From assembly GCA_902783925.1 (NCBI GenBank), contig CACZSV010000167.1, positions 1 to 35,512 on the forward strand: 35,512 bases of DNA, given 5' to 3'. Below the pieces are notes generated by a model. That model ran no database searches. It saw nothing but the letters and a program-made list of their open reading frames with translations, and had not been told where the DNA came from. This document shows, in pieces, positions 1-9,153 of this stretch. The stretch comes from an uncultured Coriobacteriaceae bacterium. GTDB taxonomy: Bacteria > Actinomycetota > Coriobacteriia > Coriobacteriales > QAMH01. How positions within the stretch are numbered: the first letter of the stretch is position 1; every line of letters starts with the position of its first letter. The position numbers and the translations under genes were made by a program.

Positions 1-482
1 TCCTCTTGAGCCCACGCCTGCGCAACATCGGCCGGCTTGGCAACCGTATCTTTCTCGAGCCGCTCTATGCCATCGTCATCGAGCAGGAAGCGCACAGGGT
101 ACACTTCCTTGCGCATGGCGTCTGCCACCACGCCGAGACGTCCGCGCACTCCAGCGCGCCAGCATCTCCAGGCAACGGCATCGATGGTGGAAACGCCGTA
201 CAAGGCGCTTCCGAGCCCGCAGGCAAGGCCTTTTGCGGTTGCAACGCCAATGCGTACGCCGGTGAACGAGCCAGGTCCAAGGCCAACGACAATCGCTTGC
301 ATGTCGCCAATGGAAAGACCGGCTTGCTCCAGCATCTTCTCGACACTCAATAGCAAGACCTGATTTGCCTGCCGTGCGGCAGAAACCTCGACGCTTGCCA
401 GAGTCTGAACCCCAGACTCACCATATTCGCCAATTGCCAGTACCGTTTGTGCGCTGGCAGTATCAAACGCGAGCACTTTCAT
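1..482 (-). CDS. tsaB: t6A biosynthesis protein TsaB (YeaZ family), C-terminal part cut by window edge
   Basis: Not in the ORF track because it runs off the edge. Reverse-strand ATG at 482..480 gives MKVLAFDTASAQTVLAIGEY...IVVGLGPGSFTGVRIGVATAKGLA, the TsaB/YeaZ signature. An AGGAAG RBS-like element lies just upstream. tsaE is in the same operon. Confidence 0.85.
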   Translation of the reverse strand, partial: MKVLAFDTASAQTVLAIGEYGESGVQTLASVEVSAARQANQVLLLSVEKMLEQAGLSIGDMQAIVVGLGPGSFTGVRIGVATAKGLACGLGSALYGVSTIDAVAWRCWRAGVRGRLGVVADAMRKEVYPVRFLLDDDGIERLEKDTVAKPADVAQAWAQE

Positions 483-491
483 ACGAACTTC

Positions 492-1412
492 CTATTCGCT
501 CAAGTCGGCGCGAATCGTCGAACCCTCGGCAAGCGCGTCGCTGGTTATAACAAGCTGGCCGTCGTCACCGGTGCCGAGAAGCTGGACCTGATGTCGCTCG
601 ATAGTCGCATTTGTGTATACGACTTCGACAAAATAGCGCCCGTCTCGCTCTAAGACGGCAGCCGCCGGAACGTAGTACACCGTTCCGTAATCGTCGACGT
701 GAATCTGCGTCGTAATCTTCGATCCGACCTGCACTCCCCTTGTATCCCCGAACATTATCATCAAGTTATAGCTCACATGGGAGCTGTCATCGGCATGCGA
801 ACTCGGCGTTTTCGTGTAGTTCATCAGGGTGCCGTCAAGCACGACGCTGCCCCCGGAGCTGAGCTGGCACGTGACCTCGGTTTCTGTACCCATACGGACA
901 TACGGCGCCGAGCCTTCGGGCACCTCGACAATCCCGATGAGGGAATTGAGGTCGGTAATCTGCAGCGCGGCAGCTCCGTTCAAGCTCGCAGCGGTAGCGC
1001 CCGCCGTGACCTTCACATTTGCGATGGTGCCGGCCGATTGAGCCAACACGTCTGTCTGCTTCTTACTCGCGGTAGCATCGGCATTCTCAGCGACGGTGAA
1101 GAGCACCTGCCCCGCAGACACGTAGTCACCATCGTGCACCTGGACCGAAACGACATTTGCCTTGTCGGGAATGAAGACGTCGTTCACGCTGTACGGCTCA
1201 ATACTGCCCGTGCATTCGATGGTATTCGAATAATTGCCGATTGCCAGGCGGGTCGTTGAATATGATGCGCGGGATTTAAGAGCGCCCGTCTGCAACTGGA
1301 AGAGCACGAATGACCCTCCGCCAAGTAAAAGGACCGCTGCAAGCGCCAGCGCGATAATCGCCACACGCATCTGCGCTTTCTCCCTTTTCTGGTTTTGAGA
1401 TTCCCGAGCCAT
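492..1412 (-). CDS. membrane-anchored HlyD/membrane-fusion-protein-like adaptor (barrel-sandwich plus beta-barrel, almost no coiled-coil hairpin)
   Basis: 306 aa. N-terminal TM (VAIIALALAAVLLLGGGSFVLF). Split lipoyl-like halves (VVSVQVHDGDYVSAGQVLFTV ... LAQSAGTIANVKVTAG) are separated by only about 15 aa. The C-terminal beta-rich domain is typical of periplasmic adaptor subunits. No ABC or RND partner is adjacent. Confidence 0.6.
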   Translation of the reverse strand: MARESQNQKREKAQMRVAIIALALAAVLLLGGGSFVLFQLQTGALKSRASYSTTRLAIGNYSNTIECTGSIEPYSVNDVFIPDKANVVSVQVHDGDYVSAGQVLFTVAENADATASKKQTDVLAQSAGTIANVKVTAGATAASLNGAAALQITDLNSLIGIVEVPEGSAPYVRMGTETEVTCQLSSGGSVVLDGTLMNYTKTPSSHADDSSHVSYNLMIMFGDTRGVQVGSKITTQIHVDDYGTVYYVPAAAVLERDGRYFVEVVYTNATIERHQVQLLGTGDDGQLVITSDALAEGSTIRADLSE

Positions 1413-1445
1413 GCGCTTGCCCTGTTGTGCGCTGTAGCCGTAGAG

Positions 1446-2249
1446 CTACGTCAGCAGCACGCCCTCTGCCGTGTACGCCTGCGTCTCGGCGCCCTGCGCC
1501 TGCACGTACGACACGACTTGCTGTCCCTGCGATGTGCGCGCTGAACTCGACGAGTTCGATGAACCCGAAGAAGAGCTGTTTGACGAGTTGCCGCTCGAAG
1601 ACGTACCCCCATTCAAAGGCGACGCCTGCTGCTTCTGAGGCGAGCTTGCGTTTCCGAGAAAGAACGCATTGCGCCACACCGAGCATCCCCCAAGGAGCAT
1701 GTTGATGAGCAGATTGATGATGAGAATGGTTATCACCCAGCGCAGGCAGCCATTTGCCGTCGAGCGCGTTTGCTCATGCTGCTCGCGACGCTGCTGCTCG
1801 CGCTGTTGGCGAGCGCTCTCGGACTCTGCCGATTGCTGCCAGGCGCGAAACATCTCCTCGAATGGGTCGTAGTATTGGCCGCCCTGGCCCTGCTGGCCGC
1901 CTTGCCCCTGCTGCGTATAGCCGCCAAAAGGCCCGTAATACCAACCGCCCTGGCCTTGCTGGTAATAACCGCCCTGCCCCGTGCCGGTATTTCCGCCGAA
2001 TGGGTTCGACGTCGGACCCTGCTGCCCTGTGTACGGGGAGCCCTGTCGTGCACGAGGCCCATATGGCGTGCCATTCATAATCGAATCGTACGCTGCGTTG
2101 ATTTCGGCCATCTTCTTTGCAGCCGTCTCGTCACCCGGATTGAGATCCGGGTGGTATTTTTTTGCAAGCTTGCGATATGCCTTGGTCGCTTCGTCCTTCG
2201 AAGCGCCGGGGCTCAGACCAAGTACGCTATATGGATCCGTTTGTGGCAT
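1446..2249 (-). CDS. J-domain (DnaJ-like) membrane protein with Q/G/Y-rich and Ser-rich low-complexity regions
   Basis: 267 aa. N-terminal J domain ([39 protein letters not shown] motif). This is followed by a [21 protein letters not shown] segment, a charged [14 protein letters not shown] stretch, one TM ([18 protein letters not shown]) and a Ser/Asn-rich tail. ATG start at 2249. Confidence 0.8.
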   Translation of the reverse strand: MPQTDPYSVLGLSPGASKDEATKAYRKLAKKYHPDLNPGDETAAKKMAEINAAYDSIMNGTPYGPRARQGSPYTGQQGPTSNPFGGNTGTGQGGYYQQGQGGWYYGPFGGYTQQGQGGQQGQGGQYYDPFEEMFRAWQQSAESESARQQREQQRREQHEQTRSTANGCLRWVITILIINLLINMLLGGCSVWRNAFFLGNASSPQKQQASPLNGGTSSSGNSSNSSSSGSSNSSSSARTSQGQQVVSYVQAQGAETQAYTAEGVLLT

Positions 2250-2318
2250 AGTGGGGCTATCTTACCCTGAATTCATGGATTTTCGAATGAGCTGCGCCCT
2301 CAGTTTGGCAACGGTTGC

Positions 2319-2786
2319 TCATAGTTCCGTCGATTGAAATGCTTCTTCCAGCTCCAGGCCCCGCGAGCCCCTGCCGTGAAGGCTAACGTCTCGCTCGCCG
2401 TTTTCCAGAATGCGGATGGTGATATCGAAACGATCCTCCGGAAGAGCATGCTCGAACTTGTCGCCCCATTCGATGAGGCTCACGCCGCCGCTTTCGAGCA
2501 GACCGTAGAAATCTATATCCGCAAGCTCGCTTTCCTGTTCCAATCGATACAAATCAAAATGAAGCAAGGGCAGCTCGTCGCCCACGTATTCGAACAGGAT
2601 ATTGAATGTCGGGCTTGTTACGTCATCATCGACGCCAAGCCCTTCTGCGTACCCCTTGGCAAACTGGGTTTTACCAGCACCCAGGTCTCCATTTAACACA
2701 ATGCAATCGTCTGGTTTCGCAAACTGAGCGAGCTCTCGCCCCAGACGCATCATCTCTTCGGCTGTGCTACATCGACTGTGAATCAA
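2319..2786 (-). CDS. tsaE: t6A biosynthesis ATPase TsaE (YjeE)
   Basis: 155 aa with the LNGDLGAGKTQFAKG P-loop variant and HFDLYRL motif. TTG start at 2786 with AAGGAGG upstream. Confidence 0.9.
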   Translation of the reverse strand: MIHSRCSTAEEMMRLGRELAQFAKPDDCIVLNGDLGAGKTQFAKGYAEGLGVDDDVTSPTFNILFEYVGDELPLLHFDLYRLEQESELADIDFYGLLESGGVSLIEWGDKFEHALPEDRFDITIRILENGERDVSLHGRGSRGLELEEAFQSTEL

Positions 2787-2805
2787 TCAGATTTCGCCTC
2801 CTTGG

Positions 2806-3405
2806 CTACATGTTTTCATGTTCGCGGCGCTCGTCCGCATCAAGAAGCGCTCGAATCAGGTCGAAGTCTGCTTCGAGGGCGCTGATCTTGCTGCGGTCGT
2901 ATATCGCTGCCGCGGGGTGGAACGTTGGTATAACACGAAACGGCCCCGTTGTCCTCACTTGTCCTCTCAAGCGTGTGATACCCGTGGTGGTTTGCAGTAC
3001 GAACTTCGTTGAGAAGTTGCCCATGGTGACCAAAACCGTGGGGTGCACGGCCTTGATTTGCTCGCGCAACCAAGGCGTGCATGCCTCGATCTCTTCCGGA
3101 CGCGGATCGCGGTTTCTGGGTGGCCGGCACTTGAGAATATTGGCGATATAGATGTCCTCGCGCTTGAGCCCTATGCGCTCGAGCAATTGGCTGAGCAAGT
3201 TGCCAGCAGCTCCTACAAACGGTTTTCCCTGCAAATCCTCGTTCTTGCCAGGCGCCTCTCCAATGAACATCACCTTGGCACGTGGGTTTCCCGCGCCCGG
3301 AACGACATTGGTGCGCGTGTCGCCCAGGATGCATTTATGGCATTCGTACACGCCGGAAAGCGCGTCGTCGAGACTACGATATATGCTGTCGTCCAGTTCA
3401 CTCAT
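2806..3405 (-). CDS. uracil-DNA glycosylase, family 4 (Fe-S type)
   Basis: 199 aa with CHKC...[25 protein letters not shown]...ILKCRPP motifs and a C-terminal HPAA motif typical of family 4 UDG. Confidence 0.85.
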   Translation of the reverse strand: MSELDDSIYRSLDDALSGVYECHKCILGDTRTNVVPGAGNPRAKVMFIGEAPGKNEDLQGKPFVGAAGNLLSQLLERIGLKREDIYIANILKCRPPRNRDPRPEEIEACTPWLREQIKAVHPTVLVTMGNFSTKFVLQTTTGITRLRGQVRTTGPFRVIPTFHPAAAIYDRSKISALEADFDLIRALLDADERREHENM

Positions 3406-3419
3406 GGTTTCTTGGTTCC

Positions 3420-4685
3420 CTACACGTAGATTCGCGGAAGACGCTGGCCAAAAGCGCAGAGCATTTCATGGTGCGGCGTCTCGAGCTCGTCAGCCATCAT
3501 ATCGATGCTAATCTCCAGGTCGCCCTGTCGCCCGACAATCACGACCTCGTCTCCGACTTCGACCCCTTTTGCAAACGCCCCCGTCGAATAGCTCAGCGGT
3601 ATCTCTATCATCATCTGATCCATGCAAATAGCCCCGATTTGCTGGCATGGGTTGCCGTGGCACAGCACCTTCATACGACCAGAGAGCTGGTATCGCACGC
3701 CATCGGCATAGCCAAGGGGAAGCACGGCAACCTGCACGGGCTTTGCAACCCGATATGAAAACCCGAACGAAACACCCTCGCCCATCTGCGGTTCTTGCAC
3801 ATACGCAACCTGAGCTTTCACCGACATCGCAGGGCGCAGGTCATCGCGGTCCCGCAGCGAAGGCGCTGGCGTGATCCCGTACATAGCCGCGCCAATGCGT
3901 ACCATATCGAAGTGCGATTCGGGAAAACGCATGGCCGCTGCGGAATTCGCGCAATGGACTAAGCCAGTTTTCAAGCGCGCGTTTTCAAGCTGCCTGAGCG
4001 CATCACGAAAACGTGAGAGCTGCTTTTGGAATTCCCAATCGCTCACATCGTCTGCCGTTGCAAAATGCGTGAACACGCCCGCGCACTCAAGACCGCGATG
4101 AAAATTGATGGACTCCATGAAGTCGACAGCATCGAGATAGAACACGCCGATGCGGTTCATGCCCGTATCTATGGCGAGATGATACTTCGCGACCATACCA
4201 TGTAGGTCGGCCTCTTCGCCCAATGCAAGCGCAAAGTCCCTCGTAGTCACCGTTGGCATAACATTGAAGGCGAGCAATTGCGGGATGGTCCGCATGGGGG
4301 GCTGCGACAATACGAGAACCGGTGCCTCGATATCGGCTTCGCGCAGCTCGATTGCTTCCTCGACGGTGGACACGCCAAGACAATCGGCGCCATTTTCAAG
4401 TGCAACCTTGGCAACTCGCACAGCGCCATGCCCATATGCATCTGCACTGACCACGGCCATGAGCTGGCGGTTCATTCCAATACGCTTGCGAATGATGCGG
4501 AGATTATGGGCAATGGCTCCAAGATCGATTTCGACCCAGGCGCCTCGCGGCACATCGGCATGCGTGTACGGGCCGCCAATCTTGCAATCGTCGCGATTTA
4601 TGCTCTTGACCTGGGCCCTGTCGCTCGAAAACACTCCCTCGACATGAGGGTTCGCACCAAAATAGTTAACCTCGTTTGCGCTCAC
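3420..4685 (-). CDS. alr: alanine racemase-fold protein in the canonical alr position, with catalytic Lys and Tyr substituted (see findings)
   Basis: 421 aa. There is clear full-length similarity to Alr ([50 protein letters not shown]). The PLP motif reads [10 protein letters not shown] instead of VVKA[ND]AYGHG, and VSYG reads VSFG. The GTG start at 4685 overlaps the nnrD stop (GTGA). Confidence 0.85.
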   Translation of the reverse strand: MSANEVNYFGANPHVEGVFSSDRAQVKSINRDDCKIGGPYTHADVPRGAWVEIDLGAIAHNLRIIRKRIGMNRQLMAVVSADAYGHGAVRVAKVALENGADCLGVSTVEEAIELREADIEAPVLVLSQPPMRTIPQLLAFNVMPTVTTRDFALALGEEADLHGMVAKYHLAIDTGMNRIGVFYLDAVDFMESINFHRGLECAGVFTHFATADDVSDWEFQKQLSRFRDALRQLENARLKTGLVHCANSAAAMRFPESHFDMVRIGAAMYGITPAPSLRDRDDLRPAMSVKAQVAYVQEPQMGEGVSFGFSYRVAKPVQVAVLPLGYADGVRYQLSGRMKVLCHGNPCQQIGAICMDQMMIEIPLSYSTGAFAKGVEVGDEVVIVGRQGDLEISIDMMADELETPHHEMLCAFGQRLPRIYV

Positions 4686-5581
4686 GAGTCCTGGTTCGCC
4701 TCCATGGTTAAAAACGCCGGACCGATGTAGCTGATTATATCCTCAGGCATGACAGCATGAATACCCAATTTGCCAAGAGCGAGCTTGCCTGCGTTCGCGT
4801 GTATCTGAGTTCCAAGCGATGCCGCGTCCAACGCGTCGAGCCCCTGTGCCAGAAGCGCAGCGATTATTCCCGCAAGCACATCTCCTGTCCCAGCCTTTGC
4901 GAGCTCGGGTCCACCGGAATTCATGACATTCGTCCTGCCGTCCGCGGCAACGATGAGTGTCTCGGGGCCTTTGAGCACTACCGTGGCGTTAAACATGCTC
5001 GCAAGTTCGCGTGCGTCCTCGTATCTGCTGATCAAAGGACGTCCGAGTAGACGGGCAGCTTCGCCTTCATGGGGCGTTAGCACACACTCTGCCCGACATG
5101 CCCCTGTAAACATGTCTGGCTGCGCCGCGATGATATTCAATGCGTCCGCATCGCACACGAGCGGCCTATCCTGAAAACCCGGGCATGAAAGCAGAGCTTC
5201 GAGAAAGCTCGCCACGTCGTGTGATGTGCCCATGCCGGGACCCACGAGCAAAGCCCCGCTCTTCTTCAGAGCATCACGCACTTGTTCGAACGAACGAGCG
5301 CAAAAACACCCTTCCTCGTTTTGAATACACGCGCTCACGGGAATCGAGACTAGATGCGAGCGCGCGCTTTGGGCGGCATCGTTCGGCGCCACCAAGCGCA
5401 CGTAACCTGCCCCGCTACGTACAGCAGCCATGCTGGCAAGGATGGGAGCCCCCGGATACTGGGCGCAGCCGCCAACAACGCCGAGCGTTCCGCGCGAGTA
5501 TTTGTTTGCATGCGCGCTTACATGCGGAATAAGCTGTGCGCAAAATTGATCATCAAGCGTGCGGATATCCTGCTCATTCAT
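4682..5581 (-). CDS. nnrD: ADP-dependent NAD(P)H-hydrate dehydratase (YjeF C-terminal/carbohydrate kinase family), stand-alone
   Basis: 299 aa with KYSRGTLGVVGG, LLVGPGMG and GTGDVLAGIIAALLAQG motifs. No N-terminal epimerase domain. The ATG at 5581 overlaps the acpS stop by 8 nt. Confidence 0.85.
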   Translation of the reverse strand: MNEQDIRTLDDQFCAQLIPHVSAHANKYSRGTLGVVGGCAQYPGAPILASMAAVRSGAGYVRLVAPNDAAQSARSHLVSIPVSACIQNEEGCFCARSFEQVRDALKKSGALLVGPGMGTSHDVASFLEALLSCPGFQDRPLVCDADALNIIAAQPDMFTGACRAECVLTPHEGEAARLLGRPLISRYEDARELASMFNATVVLKGPETLIVAADGRTNVMNSGGPELAKAGTGDVLAGIIAALLAQGLDALDAASLGTQIHANAGKLALGKLGIHAVMPEDIISYIGPAFLTMEANQDS

Positions 5582-6143
5582 CGCTACCGTCCGAGCCGTC
5601 AGACTGTTCCTGCTCTTGCTCGAGATCGTCGAGCATGCTGCGGAGTTCCTTGAAACGAGCTGCGATTTCCTGTGCAGGAGTTGTCTTTTCCTCGACGCGT
5701 GGTCTGGAAACCTGTGTTATGGCGATCGCATTGGCAACAGCGGTATTGTGCGTACGGCTCAACGAGAGCGGAAGCTCGATGACGCCAAGCTCCTCGGCAA
5801 TCTCCTTTGCCCGTCCATGGAGCACGGTCAGCGGCTTGCCATTTTCGTCATGGGCGACCTCGACGTCCGTAAACCCAATACCAGAAGAAAACCCCGTGCC
5901 CAAAGCCTTGAGAACGGCCTCCTTTGCCGCAAAGTGCGTGGCAAAATGAACGGCCGGGCGATGACGCGCCTCGCAATACGCCCGTTCTTCTGCTGAGAAC
6001 ACCCGCATGGCAAAGCTGGGCGTACGGGCGAGGATCTTCTCCATCCGCTCGATTTCGACTATATCGACACCGAGACCCGTCGAGGGGCTCATGTGCGTTG
6101 CGTCTGGGAAAACCTCGGGTATGGCATCTGCTTGCTCGGCCAT
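5574..6143 (-). CDS. acpS: holo-[acyl-carrier-protein] synthase with acidic C-terminal tail
   Basis: The track ORF (5574..6260) is over-extended into glmS. The ATG at 6143 overlaps the glmS stop (TAATG) and gives MAEQAD...GLGVDIVEIERM...FAAKEAVLKALG...HDENGKP...LSLSRTH, the AcpS signature. It carries an extra EQEQEQSDGSDGSDE tail. Confidence 0.85.
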   Translation of the reverse strand: MAEQADAIPEVFPDATHMSPSTGLGVDIVEIERMEKILARTPSFAMRVFSAEERAYCEARHRPAVHFATHFAAKEAVLKALGTGFSSGIGFTDVEVAHDENGKPLTVLHGRAKEIAEELGVIELPLSLSRTHNTAVANAIAITQVSRPRVEEKTTPAQEIAARFKELRSMLDDLEQEQEQSDGSDGSDE

Positions 6144-7972
6144 TATTCCACCGTCACCGACTTGGCGAGATTTCGCGGGTGATCGACATCGCAGCCACGT
6201 TCGACGGCAGCATAGCGTGCGAGCAGCTGGAGCGGAACGCTTGCCGTGATGGCAGAGCACCAGTCGCGCACAGGCGGAATGTACAGCACGTAATCGGCAA
6301 TATCCTCTATATCAGTATCGCCTTCTGTCGCAACAGCGACAACGTGGGCACCACGCGCGAGTATCTCTTGCACGTTGCTGAGCGTCTGCATACGCGTCGG
6401 GGAATCCGTAACAACGGCTACAACCGGGACTTCCTCGTCAATGAGCGCGATAGGGCCGTGCTTGAGCTCACCTGCCGCGTACGCCTCTGCATGCAGATAA
6501 CTGATTTCCTTTAATTTGAGAGCGCCCTCGTTGCACACCGTAGCACCGATGCCGCGCCCAACGTACATAACCGAATGCGCTTTGGCTATCATCTTGGCCG
6601 CCTGCTCGATCACATCGGTGTCTTGCAGAATATCTTCGATTTGGGCAGGCGTTTCACGCAGCTCGTAATACAGCGATTTGACCTGACGCGTCGTGAGACG
6701 CCCCTTTTTCTGCCCAAGGAACATCGCGATGAGCATCAGGCACGCAATCTGCGCGAGGAACGACTTTGTCGCGGCAACGGAAATCTCCATATTGGCTTTC
6801 ACATAGAGCGTGCCGTCGGACTCGCGCGTGATACGGCTGCCCACGCAGTTCGTGATGGCAAAGACACGTGCGCCCTTCGAGCGCGCGATACGTACCGCCG
6901 CAAGAGTGTCTGCCGTCTCGCCAGACTGCGAGATCGCGATGACGAGCGTCGATGATGAGACGATGGGATTGCGATAGCGGAACTCGCTTGCAACCTCGAC
7001 CGTCGTGGGGATACGAGCCCATCGCTCGATGAGTTCGCGGGCAACGAGGCCAGCATGATAGCTCGTTCCGCATCCGATGATGTACACGTTGTCGATGGCG
7101 TCGATATCGTCGTCATCGAGCGTGAGATCATCGAGCAGTACGCGGCCATTCTTCACAGCGCCGCTGATTGTATCGCGCACTGCACGGGGCTGTTCGTGGA
7201 TTTCCTTGAGCATGAAGTCGGGAAAACCGGCACGTTCCGCGTTCTCGGCATCCCAGTCGATATGCGTGAACTCGGGTTCGATTATCTTGCCATTTTCGTT
7301 GAAGAACTCGATGTTGCCCGGTGTGAGAAGCGCATATTGCCTGTCTTCAAGAAAGACGACGTCGCGCGTGTACTCTAAAATGGCGACGATATCGCTTGCA
7401 ACAAGCGCCGCATCGCCGTCATCGGAGCTGCCCACGACGATGGGACTGTCTTTGCGCGTAACGGCGATGACACCCGGATGATCGGCATGCATGACGGCAA
7501 GACCATAGGCGCCCTGGAGGCGCTCGCATGCGCGCATAAGCGCAGCAATCAAATCGCCGTCGTAGTATTTCTCGACCAGATGGGCGACGATCTCCGTATC
7601 GGTATCGCTTTTGAACACGTGTCCTTCGGCTTGAAGCTGGTCGCGCAGCTGTACAAAGTTTTCGATGATGCCGTTATGGACGATGCTAATCTTTCCGGAG
7701 CAATCGGAATGAGGATGGGCGTTCGCCTCGCTCGGCCTTCCATGCGTCGCCCAGCGCGTGTGACCGATACCGCAGGCAGAGGCCACCTTCCACGATTCAA
7801 CAGCCTGAGCGAGTTCGTCGACCTTGCCAACACGGCGTACCGTGCGGATTCTCTCGCCATCAGAAAGTGCTATGCCCGATGAGTCATAACCGCGATATTC
7901 GAGCCTGCGAAGGCCGTCTACAAGAATATCCCGAGCGGCCTGCGAGCCGGTGTAGCCAACAATTCCACACAT
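6143..7972 (-). CDS. glmS: glutamine--fructose-6-phosphate aminotransferase (isomerizing)
   Basis: 609 aa with an MCGIVGY Ntn-amidotransferase start, two SIS domains and a C-terminal KSVTVE. Confidence 0.97.
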   Translation of the reverse strand: MCGIVGYTGSQAARDILVDGLRRLEYRGYDSSGIALSDGERIRTVRRVGKVDELAQAVESWKVASACGIGHTRWATHGRPSEANAHPHSDCSGKISIVHNGIIENFVQLRDQLQAEGHVFKSDTDTEIVAHLVEKYYDGDLIAALMRACERLQGAYGLAVMHADHPGVIAVTRKDSPIVVGSSDDGDAALVASDIVAILEYTRDVVFLEDRQYALLTPGNIEFFNENGKIIEPEFTHIDWDAENAERAGFPDFMLKEIHEQPRAVRDTISGAVKNGRVLLDDLTLDDDDIDAIDNVYIIGCGTSYHAGLVARELIERWARIPTTVEVASEFRYRNPIVSSSTLVIAISQSGETADTLAAVRIARSKGARVFAITNCVGSRITRESDGTLYVKANMEISVAATKSFLAQIACLMLIAMFLGQKKGRLTTRQVKSLYYELRETPAQIEDILQDTDVIEQAAKMIAKAHSVMYVGRGIGATVCNEGALKLKEISYLHAEAYAAGELKHGPIALIDEEVPVVAVVTDSPTRMQTLSNVQEILARGAHVVAVATEGDTDIEDIADYVLYIPPVRDWCSAITASVPLQLLARYAAVERGCDVDHPRNLAKSVTVE

Positions 7973-8050
7973 AGTATGTATCAGAACCTTTCGAAAGCAT
8001 GGTTTCGATGAAGCATTGCGAAAATTCTAACAGAGCTCTATTTGCTTCAC

Positions 8051-8085
8051 AAAAAAAGTCCCGCCCTCGATGGAGCGGGACTTTT
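8051..8085 (-). terminator. rho-independent terminator downstream of rpmA
   Basis: Stem AGTCCCGC (8057..8064) pairs with GCGGGACT (8075..8082). It is flanked by A7 on the plus strand, which is a T7 tract after the hairpin on the minus strand, about 20 nt after the rpmA stop. Confidence 0.8.
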
Positions 8086-8105
8086 CACTCGATGTGGTGC
8101 AGGAT

Positions 8106-8357
8106 TTACGCTTGCGGAATAACGTGAATCCTACGCTTGGTGCCACGCGTGTACTTGACCGTGCCGGGAACCATCGCAAAAAGCGTATCGTCCTTGCCAC
8201 GTCCAACGTTTTCGCCGGGATGGAAGTGCGTTCCACGCTGGCGGACGAGGATTTCGCCCGCGTTTACGGTCTGCCCTGCAAAGCGCTTGCAGCCAAGGCG
8301 CTGAGCGTGGGAATCGCGTCCGTTACGGCTAGAGCCGAGGCCTTTCTTGTGTGCCAT
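8106..8357 (-). CDS. rpmA: 50S ribosomal protein L27
   Basis: [22 protein letters not shown]..., 83 aa, with a TAAGGAGG RBS. There is no Firmicutes-type cleavable N-terminal extension. Confidence 0.97.
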   Translation of the reverse strand: MAHKKGLGSSRNGRDSHAQRLGCKRFAGQTVNAGEILVRQRGTHFHPGENVGRGKDDTLFAMVPGTVKYTRGTKRRIHVIPQA

Positions 8358-8372
8358 ACGTCTTCAGCCTCC

Positions 8373-8885
8373 TTACTTTTCCACGTCGGTAATAGTCTCG
8401 ATGATTTCGGCCTTGCGCGCGCCGCTCGGGAGCTTGATGTCATGCTCCTTTGCATAATCCTTGAGCTGCGCAACCGTCATCTTTGAGAAGTCGAGGCTTT
8501 CTGCAGCCACGGCCTCTTCTTTCACAGGCTCTTCGATCTTTGCAGGAGCTGCCTTGGGGGCAGGCGCCTCGGCCTTCTGACCAGCGACATCGACAATAGC
8601 GATGCGGGTGAGCTGCTGACGATGGCCGCGCGTGCGCTTATAGCCCTTGCGCTTCTTGAACTTGAAGATAATCTGCTTGTCGCCCTTGTGTTGGTCGACG
8701 ATCTGAGCGGTGACGTTTGTCTGAGCAAGTTTATCCGCATCCGTGACGATGCTCGTGCCATCATTGAGGAAAAGCACCTCGAGAGAAAGCTTGTCGCCTG
8801 CCTCGCCCTCGAGCTTTTCGACATCGAGCACGTCGCCCGGTTTCACGGTGTATTGCTTGCCACCGGTTTTAACAATCGCGTACAT
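8373..8885 (-). CDS. rplU: 50S ribosomal protein L21 with C-terminal Ala/Pro/Glu linker and Rho_N/HeH-like module
   Basis: The track ORF is over-extended. The ATG at 8885 gives MYAIVKTGGKQYTV... (canonical L21, about 100 aa). This is followed by AEAPAPKAAPAKIEEPVKEE and then MTVAQLKDYAKEHDIKLPSGARKAEIIETI. Confidence 0.9.
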   Translation of the reverse strand: MYAIVKTGGKQYTVKPGDVLDVEKLEGEAGDKLSLEVLFLNDGTSIVTDADKLAQTNVTAQIVDQHKGDKQIIFKFKKRKGYKRTRGHRQQLTRIAIVDVAGQKAEAPAPKAAPAKIEEPVKEEAVAAESLDFSKMTVAQLKDYAKEHDIKLPSGARKAEIIETITDVEK

Positions 8886-9153
8886 GGTACATGCCTTTCG
8901 GTTTTCCTTTTTCACATGCCCGTTTCGCGATGGAAAGGGAAAAGAACCGTCGCGAGGGGGCAAACGCTAATAGTCTACTAGCGTTTGCTCTGTTTCACAA
9001 GAGAAAAATTAAAATTATCTTGCATTCACGCTCTCTGACTGAGTCGGCAAGCCGCAGCTCATCGGACCAGGAGCTGGAATGGTAAGGATGTCTGCAATGT
9101 ATAATACTCGAGCGCCAACGATAGCAATAAAGCAAACGGAAGGAGTCGTCGTC

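Noticed and set aside
492-1412. The HlyD-like adaptor as part of an export system for the double-glycine peptide.
   Set aside because: No C39-peptidase ABC transporter or any ABC gene is adjacent. It sits about 8 kb away inside the tsa operon, and its hairpin-less architecture differs from type I secretion adaptors.
7973-8105. Possible glmS ribozyme upstream of glmS.
   Set aside because: Only about 78 nt separate the rpmA terminator from the glmS start codon, which is too short for the ribozyme core. I could not recognise its conserved pseudoknotted core sequence.
9040-9052. The 13-mer CTGAGTCGGCAAG is shared between the peptide upstream region and the PBP1A/GT2 convergent spacer near 34186.
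   Set aside because: In a window of this size several exact 13-mer coincidences are expected by chance, and the flanking sequence shows no extended similarity.
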